A stretch of DNA of 60,522 bases from an uncultured Ruminococcus sp. Lineage in GTDB: Bacteria > Bacillota > Clostridia > Oscillospirales > Ruminococcaceae. Position 1 is the first letter of the stretch. Every line of letters begins with the position of its first letter. A program made the position numbers and the translations under genes. The notes beneath the pieces were generated by a model, which worked only from the letters and a program-made list of their open reading frames with translations, was not told the DNA's origin and searched no databases. Shown here one piece after another: positions 37,369-47,015 of the stretch. Location: assembly GCA_964594275.1 (NCBI GenBank), contig CAZQMA010000006.1, positions 1 through 60,522 on the forward strand. The letters are read 5' to 3'.

Positions 37369-37746
37369 ATGAGTATGAATAAGGAGCTTGTGAAATCGGT
37401 TTTTCTTATGTTCACAAGACGATTTGACGCAACTCCATTTCTATTTTTTACCGATACGGCTATTGAAAAGGTAACTTCTCTCATAAAGCCTGAATATAAA
37501 GATAATATTCCCGATTCCGTTCACGCCTTTGCGGCGGCAGTAGCGGCAGAAATGCTCAGTATTTCAGTCTGTGCGGGAGATAACACAATTTGTACAGAAC
37601 TTGGCGAGGCTGTTACCCAGCGTGACACCGAAAATCTCATGAAATCGGCTCAATTTCAAAAAAATTACTGGTTGGGAGTTGCTGCACCCTATCTTACAGA
37701 CCAGGCTTTTGTTATAATGCAGACAAAAGGCGGGTGCTGTGAATGA
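37369..37746 (+). CDS. phage head-tail connector-like small protein (hypothetical)
   Basis: Size and position after the capsid and protease genes. Confidence 0.35.
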   Translation: MSMNKELVKSVFLMFTRRFDATPFLFFTDTAIEKVTSLIKPEYKDNIPDSVHAFAAAVAAEMLSISVCAGDNTICTELGEAVTQRDTENLMKSAQFQKNYWLGVAAPYLTDQAFVIMQTKGGCCE

Positions 37747-38150
37747 CAAGACAGCTCCTTGAAGAAATAAGGGACAGACTCAAAGCAGTCTGTCCCATTG
37801 ATGTAAGAATAGCTAGCTCATGCAAGCCTGTACCCGGTCATGAACCCTTTATTGTGTTGGCTCAAAACTCAGTGGAAACTGTAACAAATCCTATTATCCA
37901 AAACAGCTTCATTTACATTCCCGTAAAAGCCGAAATCAGCGCAGCAGTTTATGTACCCTCTCACAAATCAGCACTTGACGCTTCCGTTATATTATCAAAG
38001 CACATTCTTCCCGTCATGGCACAGTACGGCTGTATAAGAGGTTTTCATCAGAGTGCTGTCGCCATTAACGGCATTACAAAGGGCTACAAGGCTGAGGCTA
38101 CCTTCAAGGTTTCAGGCTACTGTAAGCTCACTTATGAGGAGGTAACTTGA
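37743..38150 (+). CDS. phage hypothetical protein (neck/head-closure candidate)
   Basis: 4-nt overlap with the upstream gene; part of the operon. Confidence 0.35.
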   Translation: MTRQLLEEIRDRLKAVCPIDVRIASSCKPVPGHEPFIVLAQNSVETVTNPIIQNSFIYIPVKAEISAAVYVPSHKSALDASVILSKHILPVMAQYGCIRGFHQSAVAINGITKGYKAEATFKVSGYCKLTYEEVT

Positions 38151-38557
38151 TGCCGGAATATAATTATAAATTCGACAGACAGACTACTCGCTGCTTTCCT
38201 CTGATACTGGGGGACGTCACCATAAACGTTCAGTCCTGGCAACTGTCGGGACAGAGAGTCTTTGCGGAACAATCCTCGGCTGACGGAGGATGTGTTTTTA
38301 CCAACGATTCACAGCGCAGTAGACGTATCATTCTTGAAGGAATCATTATAACCGACTCCCCGCCCGAGACAGTTCTTCTCCTCATTGACGGATACATCGC
38401 CAACAGTACAGCATTTGACTTCAACCTTCGAGGAATGATATTTCGGAATGCCCGCATGGTAAAGTACACCGCCGAGGAAAACGGTGGCGAGCCTTATATA
38501 AAACTTAGATTGGAACTTATCTCCTCCGCACCGTCAAAGGAGGCTGATACTCAGTGA
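38147..38557 (+). CDS. phage hypothetical protein
   Basis: 4-nt overlap with the upstream gene. Confidence 0.35.
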   Translation: MMPEYNYKFDRQTTRCFPLILGDVTINVQSWQLSGQRVFAEQSSADGGCVFTNDSQRSRRIILEGIIITDSPPETVLLLIDGYIANSTAFDFNLRGMIFRNARMVKYTAEENGGEPYIKLRLELISSAPSKEADTQ

Positions 38558-39492
38558 ATACAACTGTACAGGCGGTAGTCCACACAAAAGAAGAAAATCA
38601 TATTGAATTTAGGGAAGCAGTCAGCTTTTACTTTCACAAGGACAAGTATTCTGCCAACACAGAGCTTGATATTATCCTTCAGGATAAAACCGGGGCTGTT
38701 CCCGAATTCTGTACCATCAACCGTATAGAACTTGCTGTAAGCGGTTTCAATATTCACAACGGTCTCATTGATAAAGCTGAAATCCGACGGGAAAACGGCA
38801 TTACCCAACTAAAAGTACACTCTCGAGGCTTCACTTCGCTTCTCCTGGCAAATGAAATGGAGCCAGGTCTCCATACCAATGTATCAATCAATACCCTCAT
38901 GAATGACTACTATACGTTTCCACCCTTTGTAAAATGGAAAAACGACCATAGCACTGTTAATTACATCTACGTCAAGCCTCATCGTTCCATGTGGGACAGC
39001 ATTATAAACCTATCCTATAAACTCTACGGTGAATATCCCTATATTCGTAACGCAAATGAGATAAATCTTAACCCTCATACAGACTACGTATCCACTGTTT
39101 TCCTTAAAAAGGAGTATCTCGCCAGCGGCTGGTCTATAGGAACCAAGGGTATGCTAAGCCATCTCCATATGCAGGACGTTGACGGAAACTACGGTGCTTT
39201 TGAGCGTACATGGGATCAGGCTGATGATATGTATATTGTACGCCACAAACAGATTGCTTTTGACAGACAGTATCTGGATGACCCAGAGCGTTCAATGGAT
39301 CTGCTACTGTCAACCGCATCACAGAAGTGGCGCACACGCTATGTTGAAATTCCCGGCTATGTAAAGCTTGATGTAAACGATATTATCTCCGCTGAGGGCC
39401 TCTTTGTAGGTGCAAGAATCGGCGGCATAACCGTTTCCGGGGATAGAAAAGGCGTCAAGACAAGGTATGAGGTCTACTACGACAGCTTCTGA
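38554..39492 (+). CDS. phage hypothetical structural protein (312 aa); last gene of the module
   Basis: 4-nt overlap with the upstream gene; followed by a terminator. Confidence 0.35.
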   Translation: MNTTVQAVVHTKEENHIEFREAVSFYFHKDKYSANTELDIILQDKTGAVPEFCTINRIELAVSGFNIHNGLIDKAEIRRENGITQLKVHSRGFTSLLLANEMEPGLHTNVSINTLMNDYYTFPPFVKWKNDHSTVNYIYVKPHRSMWDSIINLSYKLYGEYPYIRNANEINLNPHTDYVSTVFLKKEYLASGWSIGTKGMLSHLHMQDVDGNYGAFERTWDQADDMYIVRHKQIAFDRQYLDDPERSMDLLLSTASQKWRTRYVEIPGYVKLDVNDIISAEGLFVGARIGGITVSGDRKGVKTRYEVYYDSF

Positions 39493-39499
39493 TAAAATA

Positions 39500-39538
39500 A
39501 AAGGCAGACACCTGAAAGGATGTCTGCCTTGTTTTTTT
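39500..39538. terminator. bidirectional intrinsic terminator closing the phage module
   Basis: GGCAGACA-cctgaaagga-TGTCTGCC then TTGTTTTTTT. Confidence 0.75.
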
Positions 39539-39543
39539 ACATA

Positions 39544-40260
39544 TTACCAGTCAAAGCTGTAGTCGTCTACGTAAGAGTCGTAGTAGTCATCGTAAACTTC
39601 ATCGTAAACTTCATCGTAAACTTCATTGTAAACATCGTTGAAGTAGCTACCGCTGTCAGACAGTTCGTTGAGGGCTGCAAGTCCCACAATAAACCAGATA
39701 AGAGAACATACAAAACCGATACTGCCACAGATGATACCTGCAATTGCACAGCCCTTCTTGCTGCTCTTGATACCAATGATACTAAGTACAATACCGATAA
39801 TAGCGATAAATACGTCAATAATATTCAGGCACATCAACACGATGGATACAATACCTACAATCATACCGATAATCGCCAGTACGCTCTTTGCACCTCCGGA
39901 CTGCTGTGCGGGAGCCTGTGCCTGCATGGGCTGACCATACTGAGGCTGATTATACTGAGGAATGGGGTTTGTGCTGTGGGGTGCATAGTTGGGGATAGCA
40001 TTGCTTTCTGGGATGGAATTTGTGTTTGCACCGGGAGTATAAGGCGGTACAACAGGGATGTCGTTTGCCTTTGTTTCGGGGATAACGTTCTCATTAACCT
40101 CGGGAATCTCGGGGGTGTCTGTAATCTCAGGAGTATCTGTGATTTCGGGAGTATCAAAGATTTCAGGTGAATTGTCTGCCTCAGCTGCGCTGCCGCATAC
40201 TGCACAGAACTTAGCACCCTCTTCCATGTCTGCTCCGCATGACTTACAATATTTGCTCAT
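39544..40260 (-). CDS. zinc-ribbon / DUF4190 membrane protein (paralog 1)
   Basis: N-terminal CKSCG...CAVCG ribbon. TPEITD x3 and VY(N/D)EVYDE repeats. GCAIAGIICG DUF4190-type TM pair. Confidence 0.6.
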   Translation of the reverse strand: MSKYCKSCGADMEEGAKFCAVCGSAAEADNSPEIFDTPEITDTPEITDTPEIPEVNENVIPETKANDIPVVPPYTPGANTNSIPESNAIPNYAPHSTNPIPQYNQPQYGQPMQAQAPAQQSGGAKSVLAIIGMIVGIVSIVLMCLNIIDVFIAIIGIVLSIIGIKSSKKGCAIAGIICGSIGFVCSLIWFIVGLAALNELSDSGSYFNDVYNEVYDEVYDEVYDDYYDSYVDDYSFDW

Positions 40261-40380
40261 AATAATTTACCTCCATTTATTTATCGGTTTTTTTACCGAT
40301 TATGTAACTTGATTCTTCTTTCGGGTGTTTTGCTTCACCCGAGGAATTACGGAAATCTCAGCCATTTCTATGTCCCCTGG

Positions 40381-40794
40381 TTAATAAAGGTAACTGAGAG
40401 ATGCGCACATAGTACCACCGCATGCAACAGTTGAAATAAGAGAAAAAACCAGAGCAATAGCAGAGCAGACTACACCTGCAACCGCCATACCACGCTTACT
40501 TGACTTCATACCAACAGTACTCAGGATAAGACCTACAATTGCTGCAATAAGACTAAAGATACCGTAGCATGAGAACACCAGTGAAGTGATACCCACAATC
40601 ATGCCTGCGATAGCGCAGCCATTCTTCCCTTCGGACTGCTGAGACGCAACAGGCACATAGGGATTCTCTGTATATTGAGGGGTTATCTGGGACATATCCT
40701 CAATAACTGTTGCTTCTCCACCGCAGATGGGACAAAACTTGATTTCACCCTCCACAGTATTTCCGCAGAGTTTACAAACAGATTTGATTGCCAT
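40381..40794 (-). CDS. zinc-ribbon / DUF4190 membrane protein (paralog 2)
   Basis: CKLCG...CPICGG ribbon plus GCAIAGMIVG TM pair. Start MAIKS behind a GGAGGT RBS. Confidence 0.6.
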   Translation of the reverse strand: MAIKSVCKLCGNTVEGEIKFCPICGGEATVIEDMSQITPQYTENPYVPVASQQSEGKNGCAIAGMIVGITSLVFSCYGIFSLIAAIVGLILSTVGMKSSKRGMAVAGVVCSAIALVFSLISTVACGGTMCASLSYLY

Positions 40795-40915
40795 TTTAAT
40801 TACCTCCATATCATTGATTTTTATTATAATTATTATATCAAATTTAAGCCCGTTAAAATAGAAAATATGCCCATTTACCCCGATATTTCCAAACTTTTCA
40901 CAAGCTTAGCACGAT

Positions 40916-41377
40916 TTAATCTAATAAAATTATAATCGTCATGAAAAGGGACATTAGCAATCCCGCAATAGAGCAAATAAGACCTGCGATAGCACAGCCT
41001 TTCTTTGAGTAACTTCTCAAACCCAGTATACTACATGTAAGACCTGCACCTGAAACAAGCAGTGCAATAAAGCTTGTGCAGCAGATTACAAGGGAGATTA
41101 TTCCAAGCACCAAACCTGCTATTGCGCAGCCGTTAAATTGGTTTGGATTTACCTGGGGCTGTATGCCGTTATAACCGTTATATCTATTATAATAACCGGT
41201 GCCGCTATTCTGATATGTATTTGTACCGGTGTCCATACCCATATCACCCAGCTGCATGAATTCCGGCTCAGGCATACGAGATGTGTCTTTGGGCTGTAAC
41301 GCCGCACCACATCTTGGACAGTAGCGTCTTTCACCCTCTATGGAAGCTCCGCACTGCGAACAGAATAGTACTGCCAT
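40916..41377 (-). CDS. zinc-ribbon / DUF4190 membrane protein (paralog 3)
   Basis: CSQCG...CPRCG ribbon plus two GCAIAGL TM segments. Confidence 0.6.
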   Translation of the reverse strand: MAVLFCSQCGASIEGERRYCPRCGAALQPKDTSRMPEPEFMQLGDMGMDTGTNTYQNSGTGYYNRYNGYNGIQPQVNPNQFNGCAIAGLVLGIISLVICCTSFIALLVSGAGLTCSILGLRSYSKKGCAIAGLICSIAGLLMSLFMTIIILLD

Positions 41378-41590
41378 ATTATAACCTCCATCTACATAAA
41401 TTCAGATTTTACCCGTTTCTTCACACTCTATTAAGTGTATAACGCTCTGTGTTTATTATACTATGTTTAAAGCGGTATGTCAAGCAAAACAGGTTTTCAA
41501 GATATGTCATAACGGTAAAACAAAAAGGGAAAAAGCTTTTATTACCTTTGCTCGCTTTCGCTTGCATATCTGCTAATTACGCTCTTATAT

Positions 41591-42172
41591 TTATTTCGTC
41601 TTAGCAATATACTTCCAACCGTTCTTCAAATACACAACGCCTGAAATTACCGTAAGCACCGTAGAAATCCAGATAAGGCTGCCAAGCACCCATACCCTGA
41701 TTACCTCCTTTATATCCGCACCCATTCCAAGGTCACAGAAGATTACCAGATAGAACAGTATTACTACAATTGCCACCATAGTAAAGGCGGTTTTCAGCTT
41801 GCCCCATATTCCTGCGGCAATTACAACACCGTCCTCCATTGCCATAAGACGCATACCCGATACCACAAACTCTCTTGTGATAATGATTACAAGCGGAATT
41901 GCACTCATTCGTATTTCCTGAAGCTCCACAAATACGGATAACGCACCTATTACCAGAATCTTATCCGCCAGAGGGTCAAGAAACTTTCCGAAAGTAGTTA
42001 TAAGGTTTCTGCTTCTTGCAATTTTACCGTCCAGCCAGTCAGTTACCGATGCTGCCGCAAATACTACTGCTGCCCACAGAAAATGAAGCGGGATAAAGTC
42101 CATGTAGATAAAGGCAATGAATACTGGTACAAGGATAATTCTCATTACTGTAAGCTTATTTGGAAGATTCAT
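41591..42172 (-). CDS. pgsA: CDP-diacylglycerol--glycerol-3-phosphate 3-phosphatidyltransferase
   Basis: CDP-alcohol phosphatidyltransferase motif DWLDGKIAR...FGKFLDPLADK. Confidence 0.9.
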   Translation of the reverse strand: MNLPNKLTVMRIILVPVFIAFIYMDFIPLHFLWAAVVFAAASVTDWLDGKIARSRNLITTFGKFLDPLADKILVIGALSVFVELQEIRMSAIPLVIIITREFVVSGMRLMAMEDGVVIAAGIWGKLKTAFTMVAIVVILFYLVIFCDLGMGADIKEVIRVWVLGSLIWISTVLTVISGVVYLKNGWKYIAKTK

Positions 42173-43500
42173 CATTCTACCTCCTCTGCCAGTAAATCAT
42201 AATCCATTGTGTCGAAAACCTCTACAGTCACATACTGACCGAGTTTCAAGCGATTATCGCTCTTTATAAAGATTTTACCGTCAATATCGGGAGCATCTGC
42301 CTTGGTTCTTCCGAAGTAACAACCTGCGTAACGGTCAAAGCCCTCAATTACAGCCTCCATACGTGTACCAATTTTAGCCTCATTCTTCGCAAGGCTCACA
42401 TCAGTCTGCTGCTGCATGATAATTTCCGCTCTGTGCTGACGCATGGACTCGTCCACCTGGTCTTTCATCTCAGCTGCCTTTGTACCCTCCTCCTCAGAAT
42501 AGGGAAAACAGCCCAAACGGTCAAACTGCATATCCTGTACAAAATCGCCCAACTTATTGAACTGCTCCTTGGTTTCACCGGGAAAACCTGTGATGAGTGT
42601 TGTACGAATAGTGATGTCAGGGATACGTGCACGGATTTTAGCGATAAGCTCACGAAGCTCTGCTTCTGTACTCTGGCGGTTCATGGCCTTTAATATTTCA
42701 TCATCACAGTGCTGTATAGGAATATCAAGATAGGGTACCATCTTCTCCTCCGTTGCCATAACATCAAGAAGCTCATCAGTAATTCTTTCAGGGTAGCAGT
42801 AGAGAACACGAACCCATTTAAGACCATCAATTGCACAGATTCTGCGAAGCAACTCAGGAAGTTTGCTTTCGCCGTATAAATCCTCGCCATAGCGGGTTGT
42901 ATCCTGGGCGATAACGATTACCTCGGTAACTCCGTTTTCAGCCATCCACTGTGCCTCTTTTAGCACGTCCTCCATGGGTACACTTCTATAGCCGCCACGT
43001 ATCATGGGAATAGCACAGTAGGAGCAGCAGTTGCTACAGCCCTCGGCAATTTTCAGGTATGCAAAGAAAGGCAGTGTTGAAATGATTCTCTTGCCTGTAA
43101 GCTCAGCTTCCTTCTTAGGAGAGAACTTAACATAACGCTCACCTGCAAGAACATGGTCAAGGATGTCAACTATGTCTCTCTGGTCGGTGATACCGACAAC
43201 AGCGTCAGCCTCCTCAATAAGCTCAGCGGCCTCTTCCTTGTAACGCTCGGTAAGACATCCTGTGAGGATTATTTTTTTTAGTGTACCATCGGCTTTAAGA
43301 GCGGCAAGCTCCATGATGGTTTCGATGGCTTCTTCCTTAGCAGACTGGATAAATCCGCAAGTGTTTACAACAGCAATATCCGCTTCACCCGGCTCGGTCA
43401 CCAGCTTATAGCCGTGTTCTTTCAGTTTGTACAACATTCTTTCGGAGTCCACCAGATTTTTTGAACAACCCAGGGACACAAGTCCTACACGTATTGGCAT
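42172..43500 (-). CDS. rimO: ribosomal protein S12 methylthiotransferase (MiaB-like radical SAM with C-terminal TRAM)
   Basis: MTTase N-terminal domain, radical-SAM CSNCCSYC, and a TRAM tail. Conserved rimO-pgsA arrangement. Confidence 0.85.
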   Translation of the reverse strand: MPIRVGLVSLGCSKNLVDSERMLYKLKEHGYKLVTEPGEADIAVVNTCGFIQSAKEEAIETIMELAALKADGTLKKIILTGCLTERYKEEAAELIEEADAVVGITDQRDIVDILDHVLAGERYVKFSPKKEAELTGKRIISTLPFFAYLKIAEGCSNCCSYCAIPMIRGGYRSVPMEDVLKEAQWMAENGVTEVIVIAQDTTRYGEDLYGESKLPELLRRICAIDGLKWVRVLYCYPERITDELLDVMATEEKMVPYLDIPIQHCDDEILKAMNRQSTEAELRELIAKIRARIPDITIRTTLITGFPGETKEQFNKLGDFVQDMQFDRLGCFPYSEEEGTKAAEMKDQVDESMRQHRAEIIMQQQTDVSLAKNEAKIGTRMEAVIEGFDRYAGCYFGRTKADAPDIDGKIFIKSDNRLKLGQYVTVEVFDTMDYDLLAEEVE

Positions 43501-43564
43501 ATTGATTTCTCTCTTTCTGTTTGATTTGATTTACGCAAACCTTCATCAGGCTTGTATGTGTGAA

Positions 43565-43582
43565 ATGTTCCACATAGAACAT
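43565..43582. repeat. palindrome family variant ATGTTCCACATAGAACAT
   Basis: Carries the same CACATAGAAC core as the copy at 59770. Confidence 0.8.
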
Positions 43583-43604
43583 ATTTGAAAATGGATTGTT
43601 AATT

Positions 43605-44798
43605 CTATAAAACCGCAACTGCCTTCTCAGTCAGCTCGATAAGCTTGTCAAGTATTATGTCCCACTCATGATTGTGCACCACATATCTCAACGCATTATC
43701 TGCCATAAGCTCTCTTATATCCTGACGATAGAGCAGCATATTCAGCCCACCCTCAAACTCAAAGAAGTTCTCGTAGTAGAGACCTCCGTTGCTTCTTACG
43801 CAGTGTTCCTTTAAAGTCTCACATGCGCCATTTACAAGGACAGGCACTCTAAGTCCCATTGCACTAAGCAACGCCTCCGGCAAATTTTCATGCTGCGAGG
43901 GGATTACCAGTGCCTCCGCACCTGCAATGCCATTGTACTTATCATCTTCAGATACATAGCCCAGAGATAGTATATCGTCATGCTGAGGCACACGGCAATA
44001 CTCCTTACCCATAAGCACCAGCTTAACATTTGAATCGGGATTGCGGCGTTTATACTCTTCAAAGTAATGGAAAAGCATGGGGCAGTCTTTCTCCTCATCC
44101 ACACGGCCTGAATAAACTATGTAAGGATCTCTTATATGGTATTTGTGGAGAAAGGCTGCTATGTCTGTGGTTTCGGGTACATTTACACCTATGCCTAAAA
44201 CCTCACAAGGTATGCCCTGGGTCTTGAAACGTCCACGGACAAACATTCTCTCTTCATCAGTCATAAAGATAAAGCCCCTTGGCATGGTAAACATCTGCTG
44301 ATACGTTATAAAATCATACAGTGGGCTGTCCTCAGTTATCAGCGGTACAAGTATAGCTTTTTCTGCTGTTTCAGGCATTCCTGCAACAGTCAGATAGTGC
44401 TGCCAGCCGATATAAATTATTACATCGTAGTCCTGCTTGTGATGCAAAAGGTAACGTACGCAGTCGGGAGCATAGGGTCCGTACTTCTCGATACATACTC
44501 TTTCAACAGCAGCGCTTTTGTTGTCCTCATTCATGTCATTCAAGTAAGCTTCGGTGTAGGCGTCAAGATTCTGTGCCTTTTCATGAACTACAGAGAAGCG
44601 GCGCACGTTTACGCCCTTGATTGACTGCGTATCCCGGACATACCAATTGCGCCAGGTATTTGCGTCAACCGCCTTTGTTGTATACACATCTACCTCGTAC
44701 CGCTCAACAAGCCGCTCAGCAAGTTGACGTGCATATCTTGCAGATCCGTCGTTTACCTCAGTACCGTACCGCGGACTTACTATTGCAATTCGTTTCAT
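43605..44798 (-). CDS. GT4-family glycosyltransferase
   Basis: GT-B/GT4-like sequence (MKRIAIVSPRYG...). Confidence 0.7.
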   Translation of the reverse strand: MKRIAIVSPRYGTEVNDGSARYARQLAERLVERYEVDVYTTKAVDANTWRNWYVRDTQSIKGVNVRRFSVVHEKAQNLDAYTEAYLNDMNEDNKSAAVERVCIEKYGPYAPDCVRYLLHHKQDYDVIIYIGWQHYLTVAGMPETAEKAILVPLITEDSPLYDFITYQQMFTMPRGFIFMTDEERMFVRGRFKTQGIPCEVLGIGVNVPETTDIAAFLHKYHIRDPYIVYSGRVDEEKDCPMLFHYFEEYKRRNPDSNVKLVLMGKEYCRVPQHDDILSLGYVSEDDKYNGIAGAEALVIPSQHENLPEALLSAMGLRVPVLVNGACETLKEHCVRSNGGLYYENFFEFEGGLNMLLYRQDIRELMADNALRYVVHNHEWDIILDKLIELTEKAVAVL

Positions 44799-44802
44799 GT
44801 TT

Positions 44803-45993
44803 TTATCCTCTTATGATTCTCTCAAAAAAGCTGAGATACTTTTCTGTTATTGTGTTCCAGTTGAAATTCTCACGGACAAAGCCGTTTCCGTTTCTGCCCA
44901 GAATTGCTGCCTTGTCAGGATTCTTTCTTAGCCATTTAAGACAGCCCTCGAACTCGTAATAATCCTTGAAATAGAGTCCGCCCTGGCTTCGCTTTACAAA
45001 GTCAGTCGTAACAGGACATTTGCCATGTACAAGCACCGGTGTACCTGTAAGCCAACTTTCCATTATCACGATAGAAAAGCTCTCATTCAGTGATGGCTGA
45101 CAAAGCACCTCTGCTGCTGCCATGGCATTGTACTTATCCTGAGCGTCAACAAAGCCCAGATTCCTGACAAAGCTTTTAGCATCAAAAGGAATATCTATAC
45201 TTCCGCCACCTATAAGTACAAGCTCCGTATCCTCATGGGGATTGCGCTTTTTATATTCGGTGAAATACTTTATGAGAGTGTCTGTATTCTTGCCCTTGTC
45301 CTTGCGTCCCGCATAGAGTACAAAGGGCTTGTTTATACCAAACTTACTTCTGAATGAGACTTCATTGCCGGTTATTCCCGTATCCATGCCAACGCCTATT
45401 ACCGCCTGATTTACCTCCTGTAAGTCGTAAAGCTTATTGGCAAGTTCACGCTCAGGATGGGAGTTGAAAATCATACCGTTTATATTGATATAGGTTTGAC
45501 GTAAAATAAGCATATGGGCATAGCTTTCATTGTGGAAGCAGGGAATCATAACCGCTTTCTCAGGCGGACATGAGAGCACTCCGAAGAAAGTTGTGCCAAA
45601 CATATAGGGCATGAACACAAAAAGATCGTATAAGTGTTCCTTTTCCTGGATGTAGCTGTAGAGAGCGGGACTGTTTATCATTTCACGGAAGAATAGCTTC
45701 TCCTCGGAAATCGACACAGGCACATTGTTCATGAGCTTGCGGTTGATACTATCAAAGAGACGTGTATCTCTGGTGCGTACAGGGAAGCGACGCACAGGTA
45801 CGTCGTGTACGTTTACAATACCCTCAGCGTAGTAGTTTCTGTTCCAATCAGAGTCGAAGCTTCTGACGCAGGTTGTGAGTATTTCCACATCTACTCCTGT
45901 ACTGATGAGATGTGCGGCAACATCACGGAGTTCAGACTCTGCGCCGCCTTTTATATTTTCGCCGTACCATGGGATGACGAATGCTATTTTCAT
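44803..45993 (-). CDS. GT4-family glycosyltransferase (tandem paralog)
   Basis: MKIAFVIPWYGENIKGGAE..., similar architecture to the neighbouring gene. Confidence 0.7.
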   Translation of the reverse strand: MKIAFVIPWYGENIKGGAESELRDVAAHLISTGVDVEILTTCVRSFDSDWNRNYYAEGIVNVHDVPVRRFPVRTRDTRLFDSINRKLMNNVPVSISEEKLFFREMINSPALYSYIQEKEHLYDLFVFMPYMFGTTFFGVLSCPPEKAVMIPCFHNESYAHMLILRQTYININGMIFNSHPERELANKLYDLQEVNQAVIGVGMDTGITGNEVSFRSKFGINKPFVLYAGRKDKGKNTDTLIKYFTEYKKRNPHEDTELVLIGGGSIDIPFDAKSFVRNLGFVDAQDKYNAMAAAEVLCQPSLNESFSIVIMESWLTGTPVLVHGKCPVTTDFVKRSQGGLYFKDYYEFEGCLKWLRKNPDKAAILGRNGNGFVRENFNWNTITEKYLSFFERIIRG

Positions 45994-46136
45994 AAAACAC
46001 CCCTTTAATGTAGTTGACTTTAATCAATTGACAATGGATAATTTACAGTTGCAGTGCAGACTTCACCTGTTTGGTGTATAATTAGAAACATTCCGTTAGA
46101 ACGTTTCTAACAAGTTCCTTTTTTACACATAACACA

Positions 46137-47015
46137 TTACTTACGCCCAAAAACCACTCGCTCTATTCCCGCATAGTCACAGGCGTAGCCTATATCCATG
46201 TAGCCCTGCTCTGCCATTATTTCCATGACATCACTATACTGTCCCAGTCCCATCTCAAAGACAAGCCAGCCGCCATCTTTAAGCGCACTCTTCCACAGAC
46301 TTGCTATCTCTCTGTAAAAATAGAGTCCGTCACTGCCGCCGTGAAGTGCCATGACAGGCTCATGCTTTACTTCTTCCTGAAGCTCAGCCATGTCCCTATC
46401 TGTAAGATATGGCGGGTTTGCTGTAATTATATCAATGTCTTTGTAAAGATTTACAATTTCTGCGTCCAGTACATCACACAGCACAGGCTTTACCGATTTG
46501 GCATGAATGCTGAGATTCTCTTTAAGGTAGGGAAAAGCTTCATCTGACTTCTCGAGGGCGTAGCCTCTTACCTTGCCGTTTACATGGACAACAGCAGCAG
46601 GAATACATCCGCTGCCGCTGCATAGGTCTATCATTTTTATTTCTTCTTTATTGGAAATAAGTTCCAAAGCCTTTTCAACCAAAACCTCCGTATCAGCTCT
46701 TGGGATAAGTACTCCACTGCCCACCTTAAAGGTAAGCCCGAAAAAGTCCCACTCGCCGAAAATATACTGGAGCGGTTCACCCTTTGCTCTTCTATTGCAT
46801 ATGGCAAGGGCTTTTTCTGCATCATCAAGGTCAGCCTTTTCAAGAGGATGCAGCTTTACATATTCCATGTACCGCCTACCGGTCACAAATTCAATAATAA
46901 AGCCGCACTCAGTCTCCGCATACTCTATTTTTGCTTTGGAAAGCACACGAAGCATTTCACGATAAAGTTCCTGTCTTGTAAGCCCGTTTTCAGGAGTTGT
47001 CTTACCAGATATCAT
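46137..47015 (-). CDS. prmC: release factor glutamine N5-methyltransferase
   Basis: NPPY motif (ITANPPYL) and HemK-like N-terminal domain. Confidence 0.85.
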   Translation of the reverse strand: MISGKTTPENGLTRQELYREMLRVLSKAKIEYAETECGFIIEFVTGRRYMEYVKLHPLEKADLDDAEKALAICNRRAKGEPLQYIFGEWDFFGLTFKVGSGVLIPRADTEVLVEKALELISNKEEIKMIDLCSGSGCIPAAVVHVNGKVRGYALEKSDEAFPYLKENLSIHAKSVKPVLCDVLDAEIVNLYKDIDIITANPPYLTDRDMAELQEEVKHEPVMALHGGSDGLYFYREIASLWKSALKDGGWLVFEMGLGQYSDVMEIMAEQGYMDIGYACDYAGIERVVFGRK

